From: Dehalococcoidia bacterium
Lineage (GTDB): Bacteria; Chloroflexota; Dehalococcoidia; Bin125
DNA: 64,000 bases
Assembly: GCA_963663185.1 (NCBI GenBank)
Contig: OY760135.1
Coordinates: forward strand, 463,684 to 527,683
Direction: 5' to 3'
This document shows positions 10,026-19,377 of this stretch, piece after piece. The notes under the pieces are model-generated. The model made no database searches, was not told where the DNA came from, and worked only from the letters and a program-made list of their open reading frames with translations. Position 1 is the stretch's first letter; each line of letters opens with the position of its first letter. A program made the translations under genes and the position numbers.

Positions 10026-10794
10026 GTGTCGCCGGGATTCAGGTCCCGGCCTTCGTTGAGCGCGGGGCCGCGCCGAATCTGACGGTAACGTCACCGCCGT
10101 GTCGCCGGGATTCAGGTCCCGGCCTTCGTTGAGCGAGCGCTAACGCACTCCAGTGCACTAACGCGCGCGTGGTGTCGCCGGGATTCAGGTCCCGGCCTTC
10201 GTTGAGCGCTCAAACTCAAACATTGGACTCTCAATCCCTAGCGGTGTCGCCGGGATTCAGGTCCCGGCCTTCGTTGAGCGGGCTCGCACGTACACGATCA
10301 CGGGGTTGACAGCAGGAGTGTCGCCGGGATTCAGGTCCCGGCCTTCGTTGAGCGACTGCTGACATGGCGACTACGCTGAGCCTTGACGAGTGTCGCCGGG
10401 ATTCAGGTCCCGGCCTTCGTTGAGCGGAATGGCGTCGGTTACATCCGGCTGTTCGGGCTGATTGTGTCGCCGGGATTCAGGTCCCGGCCTTCGTTGAGCG
10501 CGACAGGAAAACTGATGTCGCTCAGCCCATCAATGGGTGTCGCCGGGATTCAGGTCCCGGCCTTCGTTGAGCGCCGAATGCCGACGACGACTACGTGGGG
10601 GCAGTGGAGGTGTCGCCGGGATTCAGGTCCCGGCCTTCGTTGAGCGCGCTCGGTCGTGGCCGAGCTGGGCCGCCGCGGGATGCAGGTGTCGCCGGGATTC
10701 AGGTCCCGGCCTTCGTTGAGCGCCGCGAACGCGTGGACACACGGCCAGAGAGACAGGGTGTCGCCGGGATTCAGGTCCCGGCCTTCGTTGAGCC
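10026..10794 (+). CRISPR. CRISPR array, 11 repeats of 37 nt (GTGTCGCCGGGATTCAGGTCCCGGCCTTCGTTGAGCG), 10 spacers of 35-39 nt
   Basis: Repeat starts at 10026, 10099, 10172, 10244, 10318, 10390, 10464, 10537, 10610, 10686, 10758. The repeat contains hairpin CCGGGA-TTCAGG-TCCCGG. The last repeat differs at its final base (C for G). Confidence 0.95.
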
Positions 10795-10881
10795 TTCAAG
10801 ATTGCCCCATCCAGCTGTCGCTTCAAGCTCGAACGTGTGGAGGGAGTGTGACCATCGTAGGCTGCGATAGGCTGCGATCTT

Positions 10882-11496
10882 ATGGGCAGCGATTTACTAT
10901 CACGGACCGAGGCGCGACGGATCGAGGCGCTTGCTGGACTCGACGCCGAGACACAGGCTAGGCTCGGTCAATTCTTTACCCCAGAGCCCGCTGCCCGGCT
11001 TATGGCGGGCATGCCAATCCTGCCGCGATCGGGAGTCTTGCGGGTGCTCGACCCCGGTGCTGGCGTCGGGTCACTCTCTGCCGCCCTGGTTGACCGCGTT
11101 CTGTCAGACGACTCAAACCTTGCGGTTAAAGTTACGGCCGTTGAAGTCGATCCTCGCGTAGCCGCCCCGCTCAGGGAAACAATGGCAGACTGCGAGACCA
11201 GCGCCCTCCGAGTAGGTCGGCTGGTTTCCACCAGGGTCGTCATTGTCGACTACATCGAATCGAGCGTCGGCTTGCTCGGCATTCAAGCCCTCCAAGGACC
11301 CTTCGACATCGTCCTCATGAATCCTCCCTACGCGAAGCTCGGCACTGACTCACCGCACCGTAGGCACGCCATGGGAGTAGGTCGAGTTCGGTACCAGCGG
11401 CCCAAGCGCGTTACCGTTGAGAGTAGCGGCGCCATGCGCCGACGGCTGAGACGAGGCCGGTCATGGTTCGGCTCATTGGCGCCATTGCCGCGTTGA
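10882..11496 (+). pseudogene. Truncated N6-adenine DNA methyltransferase (N-terminal fragment only)
   Basis: Motif X GQFFTPE, motif I VLDPGAGVGSL and motif IV DIVLMNPPY are present. After NPPYAKL the translation becomes basic low-complexity and stops after about 50 aa with no target-recognition domain. The 3' end overlaps the next gene by 34 nt. Confidence 0.6.
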
Positions 11497-13271
11497 TCCT
11501 CTGCCTTGTGACGCTCAGTGCCTGCGCGGAAGAGATCAACACCTGGCAGCCGCCGGCGGAACTTGGGATCTGTGCGCGGACGCTCGCCGTACGCGAGGCA
11601 ATTGTCGCTCAGACCGACCGCGTGCACAGCTGCGCGTTCATTGATGCGGACGACCTGGATGCGATCCGAACACTGGACCTCAGCGGTCGCGACATCACGG
11701 CGCTCCAGGCCGGCGACTTTGAGGGATTGCGCAGGCTGCGAGAGTTGCGGCTCAACGGCAATGCCCTGCGCACGCTGCCTCACGGCATCTACGACGGATT
11801 ACCCATGCTCCGCCTGATACACCTGCACGAAAATCCCGGCGCCCCGTTCCCGCTGCGCATCGATCTGCAAGTCGGCCAGGAGCGCGACGAACGAAGGCTC
11901 TACCTGCGACTGCCGCTGCGGCCGCCTGGACGCGTCGTCGCCCATCTGCAGAGCGACGGTTTGATGCTCTATCAGATTGCCGCAACGATCGATGCGGGCA
12001 GCCACGTCGGCCGCGAAGTCTACATAGAACGGAGCAACACGGCGGCGGGGACAGCGCGGGTGCTGCGCGTGGCAGTTGATCGAGAAGTAGCAGACTGCGG
12101 TCCGGAGGCCTGCTGGACCGGGATCGTGCTGATGGGGCAGCGCGATGCTGTCGAGATCCCTGCATTAGCAGGCGACGGCGAGCCGCTGCAAGGGTTACCG
12201 ACGCTAGTGCTGCGCGTTGATTCGCAATCGTTCGTCCACGACGCAGTTGTCGAACGGGGCGTCATTTCCGGTTCGGGCGGCTGGCGTTACTACGAGTACG
12301 CCGAACGACCTGACGGGGACGACGACAGAGTTGATTGCACGGTCACCTCGTACAACTACGTTACAAGACGCGGTGCAGGCATGGGCAGCTCGTTGCAATA
12401 CGATGGCCCTTGTCGGCTAGCGATCGGTAGCGGATCGAGCAATACTGCGTACAACTTGCCGGCCAGGCGAATCAACCAAGACATGACATTGGACCGGCGC
12501 AGCGGCGACCCCTGTCTGGCGTCGAACAATCTGCGGATCGAGGCCGACGCTGCGAGTCTCGGTGAGATCGAGCGGATCGACGCCGTCAACGTTCATGCTG
12601 AGAGCCGCTGCTACTACTACATCAGCGTCGCGCAGGATCCCAATCGAGCCGCGCCGTTCCGCTTTGCCGATGGCGAGTCCTGCGTCGTCGAAGTCGTCAA
12701 CGGGCGGATTTCCTCGTCCGGCTGCAAGGAGCTGGTCTGGTGGGGCGGCTGGGGGTTCGGCGGAATCGACTCGCTGGCCGAGGCACGCGCCGACGCTGCA
12801 CTGACACGCCCATATGTGAACGGTGAAGAGCACATCAAACGGCTGGCCGCGATCGCCGCCTGTGAGACCCTGCCTGAGGTGTCGCTGACGCTGGACGAGA
12901 ATTCGTTTCGCGAATCCCCATTCCACTACCAGTCAGTGAGCGATGATCAAAGGCTCTGCGAGCTGAGCATTACAGCCATGGGTCCGGAGGACGCGCTCGC
13001 CGCAGGTGAACGCTGCGTGGTCTCCGCCAGGTTTGCGTTGGCGAACGTCGTGAGTACACTTCCGACTCAGCAGTCGGGCCACTGCGATCAGATTGTGCAT
13101 CAGGCAAACTGGTCGCAGTCCAGCGGCCGCTGGAGCGAGGAGGAGCGGCAGGCGTTCCTCGAACAATACGCATCACAACTATGGTCCTTAAGCGACGCAG
13201 ACTGGCAACGGCTGCGCGAGGGTCATTTCTGCATTGACGACATCTGCACGCCGGTGCCGACAGCACAGTAA
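11463..13271 (+). CDS. Secreted lipoprotein with N-terminal leucine-rich repeats and a Cys-rich C-terminal region
   Basis: Signal peptide plus lipobox MVRLIGAIAALILCLVTLSAC. LRR consensus LDLSGRDITALQAGDFEGLRRLRELRLNGNALRTLPHGIYDGLPMLRLIHLHEN. 602 aa. Confidence 0.7.
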   Translation: MVRLIGAIAALILCLVTLSACAEEINTWQPPAELGICARTLAVREAIVAQTDRVHSCAFIDADDLDAIRTLDLSGRDITALQAGDFEGLRRLRELRLNGNALRTLPHGIYDGLPMLRLIHLHENPGAPFPLRIDLQVGQERDERRLYLRLPLRPPGRVVAHLQSDGLMLYQIAATIDAGSHVGREVYIERSNTAAGTARVLRVAVDREVADCGPEACWTGIVLMGQRDAVEIPALAGDGEPLQGLPTLVLRVDSQSFVHDAVVERGVISGSGGWRYYEYAERPDGDDDRVDCTVTSYNYVTRRGAGMGSSLQYDGPCRLAIGSGSSNTAYNLPARRINQDMTLDRRSGDPCLASNNLRIEADAASLGEIERIDAVNVHAESRCYYYISVAQDPNRAAPFRFADGESCVVEVVNGRISSSGCKELVWWGGWGFGGIDSLAEARADAALTRPYVNGEEHIKRLAAIAACETLPEVSLTLDENSFRESPFHYQSVSDDQRLCELSITAMGPEDALAAGERCVVSARFALANVVSTLPTQQSGHCDQIVHQANWSQSSGRWSEEERQAFLEQYASQLWSLSDADWQRLREGHFCIDDICTPVPTAQ

Positions 13272-13280
13272 TCAGCGAGA

Positions 13281-13499
13281 TTGACCGCCGACCAGATTTC
13301 CAATCGGCTGAGCCCTCGCAGCAAACGCGAGGGTTGTTCAAGCTCGGAGCGGGTTATGGGCGGATTCGCGCCCGTTGCGTACGGCTTCAACTGCTTTGCA
13401 GTCACCTGCATCGCCCTGAGCGCGGCGCTGATGTTGGTGTCGATACTCTTGCCTGACGACATCAGCGGCAGGGAGCGGCAGGGACTCAGTAATGACTAA
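13281..13499 (+). CDS. Small hypothetical membrane protein (one TM helix), low confidence
   Basis: 72-aa ORF with hydrophobic stretch FAVTCIALSAALMLVSILL. A second 47-aa TM ORF (13493..13636, MTNRTERVAIKLCYGIRAIVLMPTMILLGLVLMVH...) follows; neither is supported by anything else. Confidence 0.2.
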   Translation: MTADQISNRLSPRSKREGCSSSERVMGGFAPVAYGFNCFAVTCIALSAALMLVSILLPDDISGRERQGLSND

Positions 13500-13776
13500 C
13501 CGCACCGAGAGAGTTGCGATCAAGCTCTGCTACGGCATCCGGGCGATTGTGTTGATGCCGACAATGATCCTGCTGGGTCTCGTCCTGATGGTCCACGACC
13601 GCCTGAGCGGTCGCCGCCAAGCTCTGCGCCGTTGACGCGCTAGCGCTGCATCTCGATCCAGACAGAGTGCATACGGCCATCAAGCTGGACCTCGAACTTC
13701 TGCGCCTCGCCCGGTTCGAAGATGACGCCGTAATCGTGCAGCGCCCGGGTGAACGCCTCGTGAGTATCCTCCTATC

Positions 13777-16695
13777 ATGGCCAATCAGACCGAACCGACG
13801 CTCAACGCTGCGCTTGGCAACCTGCTCCAAGGCATGATGCGAACGTACAGTGTTCGATCCGAGCACACAGGACTCATCGTCGGTCAGTTGGGCGCGCAGA
13901 TTGACAACCTCGTCACCGCGTCCGGACGCTCCCCGGTCGCGGTCGAAGCGGAATTCATGCCTGCCCACACCGCTGAGGTCGACGCCGTCAGCCGGCTCGG
14001 CAAGACCATCGTGGGTCACCCGCGTCCCGTCGAAGCGGCAATCGCCCTCCGCTATCCCGCCGATCTCAAGTCCGCCGCGAATCTTGAATCCGCACTTCGC
14101 GACGCCCGGCTTTCTTACTGCGTCCTGTATGACGAGCGCGACAAGGACGGCAACCACATTCGCTTCCCGACGTCCGGTTGGCTCGAAGGCGGTCTTGACG
14201 ACCTCGCCGACCTCATCCGCCTGGTCTCGGTTCCCGAACAGGCCGTCAACGTTGCAGCCGATTCGCTTCAGTCCGGAATCGAAGCGGCTGCCGTGGTGCT
14301 CGACGCGATGGCTGAGACACAGCGGCACGTGGTTCGATCAGTTGCCGACATGCTCGGCATGCGCAACGTGCCCCAGACCCGGCGTATGGCTTGCGCGATC
14401 ATCGCCAACGCGCTGGTCTTCCACGAGCGCATCGCCGGCATGCACGAGGGCGTCAATCCGCTGCTGCAAGTTTGCGGCCCCGACATTGCCAATCCGCAGA
14501 ACAAGACGCTGAACGCCTGGGACGCGATCCTCAAGATCAACTACTTTCCTATCTTCGCCATCGCCCGCGACTTGTTGCGCCAACTGCCTGCGGGACCCGC
14601 CAAACAAGTCCTCGATATCCTGCGCGACACGGCGCAGGAAGTCGACGCAGCCGGCGTCGATCACGCACGCGACCTGACCGGACGCATCTTCCAGCGCCTG
14701 ATCTCCGATCGCAAGTACCTCGCGACCTTCTATACGCGGCCCGCCTCGGCCGCGCTGCTGGCCCGACTCGCGGTCGCCAAGTTGCCGGATGTGGACTGGT
14801 CCGACGCCGATCGCATCGCCAAACTCCGCGTCGGCGATTTCGCCTGCGGCACGGGCGCGCTGCTGTCCGCCGTCTACGAGGAAATTGCGGCGCGACACGA
14901 GCGCGCGGGCGGCGACCCCGCCGAGCTGCACGCTCCGGTGATGGAGCAGGTCCTCTACGGCTGCGACGTGATGCCGTCGGCGGTCCATATCACCGGCGCC
15001 ACGCTGGCCGGCGCCCAGCCCAATATTGGCTACCAGCAATCACGCCTCTACACCATGCCGTACGGACGCCAAGACGATGGCAGCGTGCAGATCGGCTCGC
15101 TCGAACTGCTCAAGGCGTCGAATCTGCTCACCTTGTTCAACACCAGTGATCCTGCGCTGCAAACGGGCAGCGTCGGCGAGGAAACCGCCGCCCAGGTCAA
15201 CGTTGATATCCCCGACGACGCCTTCGACCTCGTAATCATGAACCCGCCCTTCACCAGCAACACCAAACACTTCGACGCCGAAGACGGCGTGGTCAACGCA
15301 GCATTTGCAGCTTTCGATGCTAAAGAAGACGATCAAGCAGATATGGCAGCTCTGTTGGCCAAACTGGCTAAGGGGTCCACATACCACGGACACGCCGGTC
15401 AGGGTTCGGCCTTCGCCTCAGTCGCCCACAGAAAGCTAAAGCCTGGCGGAGTGGTCGCCTTGGTGCTCCCATTCACCGCAATCAACGGGTCGTCTTGGAC
15501 GAAGTTTCGCAGGTTGATCGCAAACGAGTACGAAGATCTGTCAATCCTCAGTATCGCCGCGAACGGCGACGATATGTCGTTCTCATCCGATACAGGTATG
15601 GCGGAATGCCTCGTCATAGGCCGAAAACGTTCGCCGGGACAATTCCTTTCGAAGCGGTCGGAGTTTGTTTCCCTTCGGCGGCGTCCTGAGGGAGATTCCG
15701 AGGCCCACGTAGTCGCAAGTGGTGTAATCGGCGCAGGTGCGAGCGCTGTGCGCAAGATTGAAGATGGTCCATTTGGAGGTACCCGTTTGTCGGCAGGAGA
15801 CCAGCTTGTTGGCGAAGTTCTTAACGCTCCTGTCAGCAACATTGATAGCGGATGGGGTGCGGCGCGGATCAATGACTATGCAGTGGCTCAGGTTGGCGCG
15901 TCCCTTGCCAAGGGACAGTTGTGGCTTCCGGCCCAGCAACACGCTATCGACTTGGCCGTCGCGGATTTGAGCGACGTCGGAACAAGGGGTATTGACTCGC
16001 AACTCCTCATTAGCACAGCCCACAAGGGCCCATTCGACAAAGTCCCGCCGAGCCCGACAGCTACATATCCATCGCTGTGGAATCACAGAGCACAGCAAGA
16101 GACCCGGATCCTCTGCGCTCCTGATTCGAGCATGCTTGTAAAGCCAGGAATGGAGTATCGAGCTGCAGAACTGTGGCAAACTGCCGGCCGTGCACATGTG
16201 AATCGTGACTTCACATTTGGCTCCCAAGCCCTAGCAGTGGCGTTTACGGAGCGTAAGTCGGTGGGCGGTCGCGTTTGGCCGAATGTGACCTTCGATGACT
16301 CACGATTCGACTATGCCATGGCGGTCTGGGGCAACAGTACATTGGGTTTGCTGATGTATTGGTGGTATTCCAGCCGCCAACAGTCAAGCAAGGCGACCCT
16401 CACAATCAAGATGTTTGGCTCGCTTCCCATCCTCGACTTCCGAGAACTCAGCGACGATCAACTCCAAACCGCCGAGGATATCTTCGACGACTTCCGTGAG
16501 CGCGACCTCCTACCCGCCTATCTTGCCGACGCCGACCCCAATCGCGCCCACCTCGACCGACGCGTCGTCTGCGACCTGCTCGAGTTTGATCAGTCGGTCT
16601 ACGAGGGCGTCCGCCGGCTCGCAGCCAAATGGTGCGCCGAACCGTCGGTACACGGCGGCAAAGCGCGTCCGATTAACGCGGCATTGGTCGTCTGA
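13777..16695 (+). CDS. Large gamma-class N6-adenine DNA methyltransferase (972 aa), possibly a type IIG-like RM fusion or orphan MTase
   Basis: Motif X ATFYTRPASAALLARL, motif I VGDFACGTGALLSAV, motif IV DLVIMNPPF, all in order. About 290-aa N-terminal domain of unknown function and about 450-aa C-terminal (TRD-like) region. No separate restriction nuclease gene adjacent. Confidence 0.7.
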   Translation: MANQTEPTLNAALGNLLQGMMRTYSVRSEHTGLIVGQLGAQIDNLVTASGRSPVAVEAEFMPAHTAEVDAVSRLGKTIVGHPRPVEAAIALRYPADLKSAANLESALRDARLSYCVLYDERDKDGNHIRFPTSGWLEGGLDDLADLIRLVSVPEQAVNVAADSLQSGIEAAAVVLDAMAETQRHVVRSVADMLGMRNVPQTRRMACAIIANALVFHERIAGMHEGVNPLLQVCGPDIANPQNKTLNAWDAILKINYFPIFAIARDLLRQLPAGPAKQVLDILRDTAQEVDAAGVDHARDLTGRIFQRLISDRKYLATFYTRPASAALLARLAVAKLPDVDWSDADRIAKLRVGDFACGTGALLSAVYEEIAARHERAGGDPAELHAPVMEQVLYGCDVMPSAVHITGATLAGAQPNIGYQQSRLYTMPYGRQDDGSVQIGSLELLKASNLLTLFNTSDPALQTGSVGEETAAQVNVDIPDDAFDLVIMNPPFTSNTKHFDAEDGVVNAAFAAFDAKEDDQADMAALLAKLAKGSTYHGHAGQGSAFASVAHRKLKPGGVVALVLPFTAINGSSWTKFRRLIANEYEDLSILSIAANGDDMSFSSDTGMAECLVIGRKRSPGQFLSKRSEFVSLRRRPEGDSEAHVVASGVIGAGASAVRKIEDGPFGGTRLSAGDQLVGEVLNAPVSNIDSGWGAARINDYAVAQVGASLAKGQLWLPAQQHAIDLAVADLSDVGTRGIDSQLLISTAHKGPFDKVPPSPTATYPSLWNHRAQQETRILCAPDSSMLVKPGMEYRAAELWQTAGRAHVNRDFTFGSQALAVAFTERKSVGGRVWPNVTFDDSRFDYAMAVWGNSTLGLLMYWWYSSRQQSSKATLTIKMFGSLPILDFRELSDDQLQTAEDIFDDFRERDLLPAYLADADPNRAHLDRRVVCDLLEFDQSVYEGVRRLAAKWCAEPSVHGGKARPINAALVV

Positions 16696-16909
16696 AGCCA
16701 AGATGCATCGAAGCGGTTGTCGGGGCAGCATCGCCTCGGTGACCGCCGTGATCTGGCGCGGTAGGGGATGGATGTCGGCGGCGTTCTTGCGGAGCTTTCT
16801 GGCGAAGTCGATTTGTTCTCTCGGCAAGCAGTGAGGAGCCAACTGGCAGATCGTACTCACGTACACACCGTCCAAATGGCAAGCGGCGCAGACGTTTACT
16901 GTCACAGGT

Positions 16910-19092
16910 TTGGGATCAGGTAAAGCGGCGATAGCGCGTCAGGTGAGCGCTGACGGGGAGTCTGCTTACACGGTGCGGAACGTTGAAGTCGGCGCGAAGC
17001 CCCAACGGAATACTACAGATGACTGCAGCGCCGACACGTCAACCACCTGTAGCATCGCCACCCCAAGCGCATCGACGACCTTCACCAACGCCACCGGGAC
17101 GATTGAGTCGCTGGACCACATTGACTGGTCACTCCACACTTACGGGGACATCGACTGGTTCAATGTGACCTTCCCCGCAGGCGGCAAGTACTGGATCCAA
17201 TCGCACGACCACCTGACCGACACAAACAATACGCTGATCATTTCCAGCATCGTCGGTATCTACGACTCTACTGGCGCAGTGATACCGGGCACGATTCCGA
17301 GTAGAACGCAGCGCCACCTCTGGTTCGAAGCGGCGAGCGCAGGCACGTATTACATCGCTGTCAGCCATGGCCCCCTTGGCGACCCTCCGGATACCCTCGC
17401 CAAACATATGGGGACTTACACGCTGCATATCGCGGTACCGCAGGCCACTGATGCCTGCGTGCCGGCCGTCACTACTTCGTGTCAAGCAACGATCGGGACC
17501 GCGTTTACAGGTGAGATTCAGTGGAGCGTTGCCGGTGCATGGTCTACAGACGGGTTCTCAGAGGCGGATTCCGACTGGATCAGAGTAGACCTGACTGTGG
17601 CAAGGTCTATCGTCTGAACCTCGAGGGGCAAGTTGGCCAAGTTGGCGACGATACCAGCAAGGGCACGCTCACTGATCCAGACCTTGCTGATCGGGTCGCC
17701 TGGGTGAACAGCTTAAACATGACCGCTGTCTCTTACAACTCGTTCGTGTCACACGACGTGAACGGCGCCAACAACGACAGTGCACTGTATAAGGCCATTC
17801 GAACTGGCGCTCACTAATTCGCTGTTTCACACCGTAAAGTAACCAGCGCCGCATTCGTTGGCACCTACACCTTTACGGTCACGGAAGAGGTCGGACATAT
17901 AGACGACTGCTGCGAGCACACTGCAAGCACGTGCGCGGTCGCGGTCGGCGGCGACGCCCAGAGCGGCACGATCGAGCTTCACACTGACCGAGACTGGAAT
18001 GGCGTGCAGCTTGAAGCAAGCGCCAACTACCTGATTACGCAAACGCATGCCAGACCCAATACATTGGATCACTCACATCTGATTCGCGTATACGATGCCG
18101 ACGGCAATCTCCTCCAACCAGGCTTCTACTATCCCTATCACCGCTCATGGATGGCGTTCCAGGCATCGACCACCGGGAAGCACTTCATCGCTGCCGCAAG
18201 TGACTCGCTGCTCGGAGGGACTGGCACGTACACGCTCGCCGTGACCACACTACCCGCGGATGATATCGCCGACGATACGACTACGGCGAGCGTGCTCGCG
18301 GTCGGCGGTTCCGTGAGCGGCACGATCGGTACTACGCTCGACTACGATTGGCACCGAGTGACGCTGACCGCCGGCACGGAGTACGTGTTCGACATCGCGC
18401 CTCACTACGGCGGCGGAGGAGGCGGAGGCCCCTGCGCAAATCCGAACACTGCCGTCCGCGGAAATAGTAACTACGCTAAATCACATTGCCTCACCGGATG
18501 GCGCATGCGCACCGACGTCGTGCTCTCAGGTTTGTATGATGCGGCCGGCGCTCCGCTCCAGGCAGCTAGCGTCAGTCCGCATGGGCCCTATCGCATCACC
18601 TATACCGCGCCCAGCGATAGCGTCTATTACGTCGCGACGCGGGGACGCAGTAATCATCTGGGCGATTACACGGTCACACTGGAGACCGCTGGCAATGCGT
18701 CGCAAGATGACTACCCGGCGGATGCGACGACGACGGGTACCGTCAGCGCGGCCAGCCAGCTGAACGGGAGTATCGATTACATTCGAGATGTCGACTGGGT
18801 GCAGGTGTCGATGCAGGCGGGCATCGGGTACATATTCAAGGTGTGGGAACTCAGTGATGCTGACGGCAACCGACGGCATACCGTCGAAAGAAATGCGAAG
18901 GTGTTCCACAGCAACGGCCAGCGGCTCGGTGGCAAACCCATCCTGGAAGCGGGTCTCTGGTTCTCACGGTTGCGAGGCAACTGTTTTGAAGTGGACACCG
19001 ACGCTGAATACTATGTGCAAGTAGAAGGGCGACACTTCTATTTGGGCCCGTATGAGCTGATCGTGACAGAACAGGCCGACGGTTGCGACTAG
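16910..19092 (+). pseudogene. PPC-domain (pre-peptidase C-terminal-like) repeat protein, disrupted by a frameshift near 17600 and an in-frame TAA at 17815
   Basis: Repeated DxDW-x-V motifs (DIDWFNVTFPAGGKYWI, DSDWIRVDLT / GKVYRLNLEG split across frames, DRDWNGVQLEASANYLI, DYDWHRVTLTAGTEYVF, DVDWVQVSMQAGIGYIF). Frame 2 (16910..17617) switches to frame 1 (17521..19092); frame 1 is open from 17521 to 19092 except for a single TAA. Confidence 0.5.
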
Positions 19093-19377
19093 CAGGCTGT
19101 TGGCATTGTTCAGGTCGGCTCGTAGCCCATTGTGCGCAGTCGTAAGCGATAGCAATAGTCCTCCCGGTGTTGCTACATACAGCAGGATCGTCGCCTGGCC
19201 CCTCACGTCGCCTGTCCCCGCGCGTGTTTCCACAACTCGGGGATGGGACACATTGACGGGAGGGAGCGGGTCCCCGCTCGGTGGCGGGGACGGTTCGGCC
19301 TTGCCTATACGTGTCGAGCGGTCGCCACTGACGTAGTGGCGACCGCTCGGTGTGCAGCCTGCGTCCCTGACGACGTG

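Noticed and set aside
10383-10961. Several short ORFs (10383..10643, 10537..10719, 10595..10870, 10623..10826 and 10656..10961) with repeated VAGIQVPAFVER/PGFRSRPSLS peptides
   Set aside because: They lie entirely within the CRISPR array; the repeated peptides are translations of the 37-nt repeat.
13640-13775. Minus-strand translation ...HDYGVIFEPGEAQKFEVQLDGRMHSVWIEMQR just upstream of the large MTase
   Set aside because: It looks like the C-terminal tail of some protein but is only about 45 aa with no start and no in-frame continuation. Possibly a gene remnant; insufficient evidence to annotate.
16696-16909. Intergenic regions scanned for tRNA/tmRNA-like structure (also 19093-19377, 41631-41730, 61541-61700 and 62409-62655)
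   Set aside because: No acceptor-stem/T-loop (GTTCRANYC) arrangement found by eye. No RNA gene called.
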